Source of the DNA: Chrysomallon squamiferum
Lineage: Eukaryota; Animalia; Mollusca
Direction of reading: 5' to 3'
Length of the DNA: 64,000 nucleotides
Assembly: GCA_012295275.1 (NCBI GenBank)
Contig: CM022665.1
Span: 31,806,001-31,870,000, forward strand
The notes under the pieces were generated by a model. That model saw only the letters and a program-made list of their open reading frames with translations, searched no databases and was not told the DNA's origin. The position numbers and the translations under genes are program-made. Below, piece by piece: positions 43,601-56,225 of the stretch; positions within the stretch are counted from its first letter, which is position 1; each line of letters begins with the position of its first letter.

Positions 43601-46600
43601 TTATACACTGAAGAAGATTTGAAAATTCTTGTATATTGGAAAAGAGTTGAAAACTCTGCAATAGTGATTACTGAAAACTTTGTCCAGCTGTGACATACTG
43701 GAGATGACTTGCTGATTTCATCAGGTGCAACAGGTCAGATATCCAAGTCCCCTAAGACCCATTTATTATTATTTAATTTGTTTAACAGTGGTAATAGTTA
43801 TAACAGAAGCCTAATTACTTTGACAATGTAATAAATATAAAGTACATTCTTTATTAATAATTTTTTTTATGTTTGATTCTTGTTGTTAAAAAATCTTTTA
43901 ATAAAAATTTTAAAAATTAAAAATTAAAATATTAATAAAATTTATATTATTTCATCATTAATTCATCTTCTATTGCTTGTCAGATTGTTGTTAATTCCAT
44001 TTTATGTAATCATCTTCATAAAATTACTTAAAACACATGTATTACATCTCTTACATTGGATATATTTTTCGAATATATATATTTAAAACCAGATATATTA
44101 AAATTCTTCTATACTTAGAAAAGTCTCTTATTTATGAAAGTAATCCATGCATATTAGAAGCTATGGTGGGGGGGGGTATCTCAGAAAAGGAAAGATTTCA
44201 TTTTTGTTGTAGATGATTTTCATGACTAAATATATTTACATATAAAGAAAAAGATCTTTTTGCAAAATTAGAGGAGGCTGATTATGATTTCCCTCGGTAT
44301 CTGCATAATTGTATATCTAACATTTAAAAAGCAATTTCAAAATAGAAAAACTATTAATGCAAAGCATATATTTTTGTAACTTTGTTTTATTACCATGGAT
44401 ATCTTTTTACTTGTTAAAAAATAATAATAATATTAATAAAAAAATGTTGGCCTTCACAATGTATTCCTGTTGGGTTACTCTTTAATATTCATGCATTCAT
44501 TTCAGCCTGTTAGTTTGTATCAATAAACTGTATTAAGCCTACAATTATTCAGTATTTGTGGTGCCAGAACAAACAATAAAGATTATTTTATTACCAGTCA
44601 ATAAAAAAAAAAAAAAAATTAAAATAATAAAGATGGCCAACTAGAACACACAATGAGAAATTACTCAGAAATCTAACCTTAGTTATCAATGCACCACTTT
44701 AACTGTCATGGCTGCTTACTTCTTATCATATAAAAGAATTACTAAGGGGAAGCAATCCACAGGGAAATCTCATAATTATCTAGGTAAAATGACCAACTTA
44801 ACAATGAGGTTATCGAGTAAAGTTATGAGAGAATGACTCCCTTTAACTGTTTTATCTCAAATATGTTGTCTTCTTTGCTGTTTGAAATAGTACAGCTGTG
44901 TTTATAAACATACAGTGTATTACTTGTAATGGTATTTTATTTCTTCATATATCACTTTTATTATTTCAAATTTATTACATTTTTATCACCCATGATCATC
45001 GAAACTTGCTTGCAAGTCAGAATCAATTTTTGTAATATAGAAAATATAAAACAGCACACCAAAATGTACAGTCTAGAGAGGTTATTAATAATAAAAGATT
45101 TATACTGAAAATTCTTCCCTCACTGGAATTAACTAATATTAAAATGTTTTTCATAGAAATGGAAGTAAATCTTTTGTACATAAATTAATAAAAAAATCTA
45201 TGCCAGTGACTTTGGTGTCTTCTATAATTTCAAATACTTTTCAAAACAATCTGACAAAAACCAAAAACAACAACAAAGTATTATGTGCATTACAATTCTA
45301 AAACTCAAACATTAGGACTTGTTTATATTTCTACAAGAATTATTCCCAATTAAAAAAAAAGAAGAAAAAAAGATGTATATCTATTCTTCTGAAAATGTAG
45401 CTCAAGTAAATATATTATGAAGGCATATATTAAGAGGTCATGAAAACTGAACAAACATATTAACATGAATACTAATAACTAACCTTTAAGATGAGAACAA
45501 AAAAAGAAAGAAATTAAATTTTTTTATTTTATTCACTATAATATATAAAAACTGTTGCCAAAATCTGATCGCCTTAACTGTATTACCTACAGAATAAAAT
45601 GTTAGTCTTAAAAAAAAGAGAGAAAAAGAAAAGCATTCTTCTCAACAAAGGAAAATATAAAATTGATAAAAGCTTCTATTTTGGCTGACAAACAATATCA
45701 TAGGTGAGATAAAACTGGTAGAAAAAGATATGCAGGTGAAAGAAGTTTTCACTTGGTAACAGGTACTGCTGAAAGGAAAATCACTTTAGGGTGGATAGAT
45801 AAAGCAGATAGCCAGATTAACTATGTAATTCATCTTGTGAAGACAGATCTCATTTGATGGGTAGCACGATAAGAGATAGGCCACTAGGGTTGATTACAAA
45901 ATATCTATTCAGGGGAATCGGTCAGGGATTCTTGGCACTGAATCCATGTTACACATTTACTATTAACATCCACCTTTGTGTGCCACTTAGTACAAAGTTT
46001 TGCTTCTGTTATTTGCCACCTGTTGAATAATGAAAAACCATATAAAATGTTAAAAAAAGCTTCAAACTGTGAAGACTATGTTATGATCAAGCTGATGATG
46101 CTTTTACTGATTAGCAGCAAGAGTTCTTTTAATGAAGAAAATTTCAATGAAGAAGAAAGTTTATACCTCAGTCCATCATAAACAATTCATAGGCAGTGGT
46201 TGGAATGAGGAAAAAAATCATAAGCCAGTTAAATTCAAACAAGAATAAAGCCTGTGCAGTTTAAAAAGGAATGATCAGTATTTAAAATAACAAGAGAAAT
46301 TCTTCCTTAACAACAACAACAATAATATAAAAAAAAACATTAAAAATTTTCTCCTCAGGAATTTTATACAGCACAACTTATTTCTTTATACAAATAATAA
46401 TTCTATTTCAGTTCTGTTGTTCAAAAACAGAAATTGTCTGAAAACTAAAAGAACATCCTTTGCAAATGACCACCCATTCTTCAAGAGATTCCAAATCATC
46501 ACAGAAATATTTCCATGCATTCTAAAACCATATCTTTAGCTATATCAATAACACATCTTACAACTTGGTGACAGGTTTAACACACAAATCCTGCCCAATT

Positions 46601-49600
46601 TCCTTGCAGACCTGTTTTTATAATGTTACTGAACACTGCAGAATGTTATCATTTGATCAGTCAAATTGGCTTAGCCATCTGTTTATGATATGGAATATCA
46701 CAAGAAGTAAAATATAGCCTGATAGCAAGATGAATTTGTTGACAAGTCATGGAGAGTTATCTGTGTAAAGTGATGGATGATTTGGAAATTTTAATATAAC
46801 CACACCTCTGATTTTATTATCATGTATGTAATAGAGGAGTTTTTAAAAATGTTAAACATTTATCCATTAAGTCATTGATTTGTATTATGTATCTTATATT
46901 TTTTAATTCTTGGAAAACAATAATTTATCACTCAAACTAATGGGGTTTTTTTAAATTGTTAGATTAAAGGATTTAAATTATACAAGAGTTGAAATGACTG
47001 AAAAATTATGAATAGTATCATAGTTATTAAAATGTTTATTAAGAATTAGTTTTTCCAGTGACTAAAATTAATCTTTGAATTTTCACAAATTTGTAATCAT
47101 CATCGGTATAGTTTTGAAAAAATAAAATAATGATATTGTTGATTTTAATTTTACATAATTTACAGAAAATAATTATACATCAATTAAAAATTATGTCTTG
47201 AGACAAATTAAAAATAGTAACAGTAAAAATTAAATAGTAATGAAATATTTTTATTTACATAACTTTTTTACAACTGTACTAATAAAATATATTTTCAGTT
47301 GCAGATTAAAAAACATACAAATACAAACACACACACAAAAATAAACCCTGAAACAGTCTACAAGAACTGTGTAGAATTATCATGCCATTCTCATTAATAT
47401 GTAACTTTAAAAAAAATATGATAAATCTAGAACAAGTGTTTTCTATGCTTCACAAGCTACAAAAATTACTATGTAATTTGTTCAAAATATATTATCGCAG
47501 ACCTTTTATAACATTTTTTTTAGAAATAACTGAAAAAAAGAGGTATTTTTTCCCTCATTTTTTTAAAGTTTTCTTTGATAATTGTATTGCAACCATTTTT
47601 TTGGTTAATCAGTACTGTTAAAGCCTCTTTCATTATTTATTCTACTGTTGACATTACAACTGACAGAAAAAAGAACTGAGTGCTTAATTTGAGTGCCATA
47701 AACACTAGTGTTTGAGACTGCAGAAGTTCCAATAAAAGTGACACCTTTATTCAGTTAGAAGATTGATGACAACTGTTTGCTAGGTCATTACATCATTCTA
47801 AGAGTAACACCTCATAAAGAAACTGATCTGAAATTTCTCAGACTTCTGACAGAATCAGAGAGGAGGCCACAGAAGTTGCAATACCTGGCTGTCTTATATA
47901 ACTGATTTATAACCAGCCACAAAGATTGGAAGTAGGTTGAGACTCAGTGGTTAGTAGCATAATATAGGTAACAAGATCAATCCTCTTAAGTGTACCTAAT
48001 GCAATATATCCCATTCAGCCTGCAGACTTTTACAACTTGTTTATCAAATATCACATTTGTGCTTTAAGAAAAAAAAAAAAAAAAAGTTATTTAGTTAATA
48101 TTAAGAATCAGCCAGGTTTGGAATACCTGAAACCCTAATTATATATGCAATATAAGGAACCTAAAAAATTTATATTAGTTTATTAGTGTTATTATTTTAC
48201 TAAATATTTATTAAGTGATATATTTAAAATTATGATAATATAATTCATTTTATTATTATTATTAATATTACCACTACAACTATTACTACTACTACTACAA
48301 CTACATCTATTACTAACACAACAAAGACCCATAAATGTATATCTGGTATGTTTAAAATTATATTTTTAACACTATGAAAATCAATCCTTATATAAACACT
48401 GATATCAGTATGTAACCAGTTCACTGAAACAAGAATCATCTTGAAGGAAAAATTCATACCATAACCAGAGCAATCTCTAAACCAGAACACAACATTACTT
48501 TTCCAAATGTTGAACAACCAAAACATATGGTCAGTACATACACACAAACAAACATATAATATATATATATATATATAAAGAACAACCATAGCAACTAAGA
48601 CTTTGGACTAGATGGCCTCTTACAGGAAATACTAGAAGTATAAGCAATAACATTAAGTGAACATGGTAAACTTTATACCAGTTTGTTTCTAAATACAAAC
48701 AAGCCTAATTCTATGAAAACAGAAGTAACTTTACCATCATAATTCAAAACCAGCATGTTTTTCTTACCTCTCTTTATTATACAATATAAAAAAATATATC
48801 TTAGTAAATAAATGGATTTGTCTTTATGTACAGTGTAGATTTGTAAAAATGTGTGCCTTTCTAAGCAGTGATAAGTAAATGAAGAAATGACTAAACTTGC
48901 CATTATCTTTTGATTTTTCACAAGTATTTTTTTCTTTTTTTATGTAATTAATTATAAAATACATCAAATTTTGTCTAGTCAGAACGAGACATGTTATTTT
49001 TAATGTAATGGTTTTGAAAAGCTGGATAAGATAGTGGGAAAGAAATGCTTACAAAAAATAGTATAACATGAGCAAAGTAATCTAACATCAGGATTCATTT
49101 TGTAATAACCTGTTTCATAAGAACATAGTTCCTGATATAATTTTGAGAGAGTACAGATAGAGTTTAGCCAAAATGATGATAAAAGTTCCAGTATTGCCAA
49201 ATGATGGATAGAAGGAATCAGTAAGAATCTGGTCAAGATGATAATAAAAGAATAATAATAATAAAAAAAAACAACATTTGTGGCTTTGCCAAGATGATGA
49301 TAAATGACATAAGTTATAGAATAGCTAAAATGACTATAAAAGCAACCAGTTATAGTTTGGCCAAAATGATGATAAAACTACCAGTTAAGGTTAGTCCAGG
49401 AGAATGAAGCACAAAATAGGATTTGGTAAAGAAGATGATATTTGCACTCAAACAGTTTGGGCTTAATGATAAAAGTACCAGTCATGATTAGTCCATAGCT
49501 ATGGAAATAGACATCAGATGATGATAAAATCATAATATTTAGTAAAGAATCTGATTAAAACCATTGGATACAGTTTGACATTGATGCTAAAAACACCATT

Positions 49601-52600
49601 TATGGCTTGAACAAAAGCACAAGTTATGGCTTGTTCTTGATCTGAAGATATATCTAACACATACACACACAATCAGGGAGTGGCACCTGCTTATAAAAAC
49701 AGTTATGATGGGCCAATAGAATTATTTTGTTGCTTGGAAACCCTGCAAGAAGCCTGATTTCTGCTGCTCTGAAGAAAAATAATCTTAAATACACACTTGC
49801 TACGATGGCTGATAGGAAATAAATGTGAAACAAATTCCTTAAATACTTGATTGCCTCAGCTTAGTGTTTTAAACATTACACTGATTTATGTCCATTTTAA
49901 TTTGATAAAATTACTTTTCAATGAAATTTGGAAAGAAATTCAGAGTACCAAAAAGAGATACTCTTGGAAGATAATACTGAAATATCAGTATCAATATCAA
50001 TATATATAATAAACAAATAATAGTGAAATATTATCAGTATTGTGAAAAAAGAATACAAGTTATATCGATACTGAAGGAAGTTAAAATAAATGGAAGAATA
50101 TACAGATTCTTAAAATGGACTAACTGTTAAGCTAAAAATTTAAAACATTATTTGTCTTGAGAAATGAGTTAGTATTTCATCAAGAGGAGTTTAGACAGGT
50201 TTTTAAAATGTTGTATAATTATAAGAAATATTTTAAAATTTGAATGCTTGTGTTTAAATGAGAAATAAGCAAACCATTGCTCTTTATTTTACAGCAAGAT
50301 CCATTCTTTGATATATATATATAGGCCTATATATATATTTTTTGTACTTTGGATATAAATTCAGTTTATTAGTGGAATTTTACACACTAGATAATGTTGA
50401 TCAAAATTCTTAATTATTTTGTCAAGATACCATGTAAGAGTTAGTATCTTGTAATTTTGAAAATTACAAACCAGGCCTTGTGATTGTTATTAACACAACT
50501 GTTAGAGTTTGTTACACGCTGTTAAATTATCTGTATAAACCAAGTGTGAAATATTGTTTTGGTAATCTTTCCCAATGTCAGGAAAACATGAATGAAGCAA
50601 TGTATATCATCTATTATACTAATGGACAGGTTGTGATAAATTCTTGTATTGTTTTCAAGATATTTGTAAATTTCTTCATGGCACAATACCTTTATGTACA
50701 ACACACTTAAAACAAAAAAAGAATTTTGATGCCAGAATTTAATTAGTATGATCATGCATACAGGTTACATTTGTGCACAAGTACACACACAGATTTATAC
50801 ACACAAACATATATATGCACACACACGTACATAGATGGACAAAATTATCTATGTACATGTCTTCTCTCTAGAATTACAAATGATTATTTTCACACCCTGT
50901 GTAAACCAGCAACTGATCTGTTTAGTTGTTTTTTTTGGTTACTTTTGTTAGACATTATTGCTTTAAAATCTAACAGAGTGAAGAAGCTAAATATATTTTA
51001 GTTTCATAATTTTACAAATTTAACATGTCATAATAACCTGAATATTCAAATATATATATATAAATATGTGAGAAATACATACATACCACATTTTTTCAAA
51101 AAAGTCTAGTTTTTACATGGGTGATTAAGAATACATTTTTTTGTTTGCTTTTTCTGTTGGCATAATGATAAATACATCTGTGAAATGCATGTTCAGGTAT
51201 GCATGTGTTTTTTTGTCCATGTTCATTAACAGTAAATAAGTCACAGACTAAAAATGTGTACAAGATTTTCATGCATTTCAGCACTGTGATGAATATAACA
51301 GTGTTACCTAATAGTAATACATAGATAACTGGTTCTTGGAAAATAGTAATTAGTGTGTAAAATATTTTAACACCATTTGTTTCTCATAAAATAAAGTGTA
51401 GTCTACCACTGAAGACTGACTGATACAAATACAAGAGAAATACACATACACACAGATATATTAGATACACACATACATACAAAACAATTCATAAATACAC
51501 AAACATACATACATACAGACCCATACACATACTTAACTATAGATATAGTAGTAAATGAAGTGAAAAATGAAGGACAGATGGATAGATATGGCCAGAAAGA
51601 GTTGAAGAAAGAAGTTGAAAAAAGAAAGATTATGAAAAATAGAATGTTTTTAAATAAAAGATAAGCATAAACATACCAAAACATTTAAAACTTTTCTCTG
51701 CAATATGACATAAAGAAAAGCACATAAAGTTTGGATCATACAGAGTGAAGTCATAAAATACAAAAATAGCTTTATCTATCTGAAACTTTCAACACAAACC
51801 CATTCCACATTTATATTAACTAATCAGAGTACATTTTTTGTTGTTGTTTTTTAAACTGAAAGGAAAAAAAAAAGATGCAACTTGATAAAAACAAAGTGTA
51901 TCAGTGTTGAAACTGTTTATGCCTGTGATACTGGAAGCCATGTTGGTTATTTCAAAGTTCTGTTTAGCTGACACTGAAAGATAGAAGATGGGAGTATATT
52001 TCCTGCAGTCAAATCATCATACCCTGTGATTAAAACTTGAGGGAGTGTAGTGTGTTGCTATTTTTAACAAATACATCAGTCAACATCAAAAAGGAGTGAG
52101 CAATGTGAGCAGATTGTGTGACCTTGTTACATGTGTAAGATACAAATTTGCTGTATGTTCCATGCAGAATAAAATGATAACTAAAAATGTCCGTTTCATT
52201 ACATGCCAAAAAGATAACTTTATATATGTTTTTGACCTGATATACAGACATTATTTTTATCTATTTCTTTTACTCCTGATTTCCTGTTATAGTAATATGT
52301 AATACTTTAAACACAACTGATTAGTGGTAACAGATACAGAATAAGATATTCATTTTTGTTATTTAATTCTTTTAAGATAGAGTTTTTGTCATTTTCCAGC
52401 TTATTTCTTTTAATATTATAAAATCACTAAGGTATAAGTATGCATTTTGATAAATTCTCTATAGAAATGATTTTTTTTTAACTCGCATTCTGGTAGACAT
52501 TGAAACAGTCCCTAAATAATAATTTTCACTCATTCATTCACTCTTTCTCTCTATCTTTCCTCTTCTCTATCTCACTCTTTTTCACTCTGATTCTATATGA

Positions 52601-55600
52601 TTTAATCCTTTCTTTTATTCATTTATTTGCTGGTTGTATCTTCTACATAATAATTATAAACCAGCATGACAGTACAAACCACAATATATACTGATAATAA
52701 AGCACAGAAACTCATCCTCTAAATTTTAGACCAATTCTTCTCTTTCTAAACATCATCACATGTTTCTCAATCCAACACTGACATTTACAGGGGGATGACA
52801 AACACACTGATAAATCTATTTACATTTACAAAAAAAATATGCAAAAAAAAAAAAAGAAAACAGAAAAGAAAAAATACTCTGGAAATTTTTTTCTTTATGA
52901 GAAACTGAGAACATATCCATGTTTATGAATAGCAATTTTTGTGTGTACATGATGATAAGATTATCATGTGCTGATGTGAATTCATGAATATATATATATA
53001 TCAATAAAGAATCCTTTTTTTCCATGATGTTGCATTGACATTACATTAATAGTCTGTTTAGCTTTCAAAACTGACAAAAAACATGTGTTACAGAATAACA
53101 AATTGTCTTATGGGCATTTAGTTATTTGTCAGTCTGTTTGTTACTTTAATGAATAATAATTATTTTCTTTATATAACCTTTTTTTTTTTTTTTCTCACAT
53201 TTAGCATTTTAAGCAGTATATTAAATATGAGACTGTAGATAAAAATAAAAATAAATGATGTTTCAATGGAATGAGAGAAAAAAAAGAAAAGAAGAAAAAT
53301 CTTGTAAATAATAGAAGGAATAATGAAATGTAAAAATATCTCTGTTCCATAAATAAATATATAAAATACACACACATATACAGCAAGTAACAAACATGGA
53401 GACTTGACTAATAATCAGTGTATGTAAAAGCATACACACACACACAAACACACACTAGTACAAATCAGTACATACACACAACCAGCAACCAACACCCAAA
53501 ATCTGAGAATTAGAGATCTATACAGCTACCTGATTTCAAATACAAAACTATCACAAGTATATAACCAAATTTTTTTTTTTTCAGAATCTAAATATACTTT
53601 CATGAGCTTGGAAAATAATTTAGCTTAGTAATGTGTGAAGCTGAAGAAGACAAATTGGTTGTACAGGTAATAAACATGTTATCTTTGTATGTTGATGGGT
53701 TACTAATGTACACTGGCCACAAACAAAACAAGAATAACCCAAGATATGAATGTCTTTTATAGTTGGCAGAATTCTTTTGACTGACCGGCATTTGTTGTTA
53801 TAACCATTCACCTGCCACTCTCTTTCAATTTAAAGTGAAAAAAAACACAGAGTTAAATCATCAGAATTAAAATTATGTACTCTTGACATGGAGATCTTTT
53901 TTCCTTTTGTTTTTTTTAAACAAGACTTATTTTGATATGATATTTTTTCTTTAAAAAACAAATTATTTACATTGGTAAGTTATTACAGGATGTGACACAT
54001 TGGACATGAAATCTGTTATTAAAGTGTTTTCTTAGTGTTTGGTTTACTGATTTAGTTTTCATTTTTTCTTCTTCATTGTTTTTCTAGTCTGTCTGCAAAG
54101 TAATGATGTGTGAAATTAGTATCCCTTAGTAGTAGTAGTGATAGCAGTAGTAATAAATAATAATAATAACAATACAAATATTTTTTTTTTCTTTTTTCTT
54201 TATTAAAGATTTTATAAAATAATTTAATAACATTTCTAATATTAAAAACGTATACATAAAAGGTAATAATAATAAAAAATTAATTAATTAAAAAATAATC
54301 ATAATCATAATCAGAAAAATTTGAAGAAAAAAAATTCATTACATCAAGATAAAAAAAATATCATATTTCCTGTTGAAAAGACAATAATTTAGATTAGAAA
54401 TAAATTGAAATAAAATTGAAATAAAATTGAAATCTAAAAAGCTGCAATAAATCAAACTATAACAACTGTTATATTTAAAGGAGCATACAAATGGTGTTGT
54501 AATTTGTAAAGGTGATAAATTACTTATGTATGTACTTCTATATTTATCACTCTATTAATGCATTTGTTATTTCACATTTTTTTATATTTTTTATAATTAA
54601 AGAAACATACATACCTATGTGAACCTAAACATTACAATCCTAGGCAAATTGCCATTTAAAATATATAAAAAAGTGTTTACCTTGACACATTATAGGCATA
54701 ACATATGTTGTAATAGTAAATATAGGGTATAGTATCTGGTAATTTCACATAAGAAAAAAAGAAAACAAATGACTTTGCTAAGTGATACGACATTACAGAT
54801 TTAACCAATAAAAATAGAACTTTAGAATCTTGAAATGTCTAACAGAATTATTTGCTAAGGTATATTAACATTCTGGTCATGAATACAGATAGTAACTGCT
54901 TGCCTATGCATTAACTAAGCAGTATATACATGTAAAGCTGTTATTGCTCAGAGCCTAAATATTGACAAAATATAAGCCTTGGTTATCTATCTAAGTAAAT
55001 TTATTCTGTTAAAGTTATTGTGGATTGGTAAAGTTCTATCATGTAGTTAGTGGCTAAATGTTTTGCAAAATATATGTTTTTTTGTATATATCTAAATAAA
55101 CTGATTGTATGGAAGTTATTATGGATCGTTTTAAAATATTGTTATAATATTTTATTTTCTGAGCAATGTTGTTTCTGAATGCTATTTATAATTTGCCTCA
55201 GTGATGTCATCAGAAGGATGTAATTGCTGGTTGCAATAACTTGCTTGAATGATGTCATTATACAGACATGGATATAGGCTTTAAGAACCTGCCTAAGTAT
55301 TGCCATTATTTTAACACATTGCTTGTTATAATTATTTGCTTGAATGAGGTTATATATTGCCTGGACATGAGTATTGTATGGAAATAAATTCTGGTTAAAA
55401 AAACAGCCTGTCATTGCATTTTAATAAGGAAAAAAACATTTATCTCAGTGACATCATAGTATATATGCTGTTCTTAGTTGCCTGAGTATTGTAATAGGAT
55501 GGATGGAAGTATTGTTTTAAAAGTACTTATCTTGATGTAAATACAATTTGTAAGTACTTAACTAAGTATGGTCATGCTGGTTGTGATTACTTTCATAAAT

Positions 55601-56193
55601 ATTATCATATTACTAACTTTAGTTATCTGTCTTAATACCAGTCATAGTTACTTACTAAGTACTGATTAAGAATGGATATGAATACTGATATTAATTACTT
55701 TCCTGACAATGGACATATCAGTTGTAATTATTTTAATAAATGCTGCCATAAGACTGGATTTAGTTACTTGCTTTAATGTTATCATAATACTGTTTGTAAT
55801 TACTTGCCCATGTGAATGAATATGAATACTGATATTAATTACTTGCCTGAATAGTTATTTTCACAAATGTTGCTACATTACTGGATTTAGTTACTTGCCT
55901 TAATGTTGTCATAATACTGGTTGTAGTTACTTGCCTGAGTGTTGTCATAATAAGGACAAGAATATCGGTTATACCACTCAGGCCGTCTCTTCTGACCCAT
56001 GCACCACTGCTCCATTTTCTCACTTTGTAGTCGTTTGTAAGACGCCATCAATATCCATCAAAGATAAGTTGAGAGACAGAAAAAAAAAAAGTCTTGTTGA
56101 AAAACAATTCACTTGCCAGTATCAACAGATTGGAATTAATGCAGTGATGGAATTCCACTATACACTTGTAATTCTCAAGTATGTGTATGTATA

Positions 56194-56225
<32 letters not shown>

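Noticed and set aside
43155-43660. CRISPR-like appearance of regularly spaced repeats
   Set aside because: The intervening sequences are identical or related rather than unique spacers, there are no cas genes, and the context is a eukaryotic intron.
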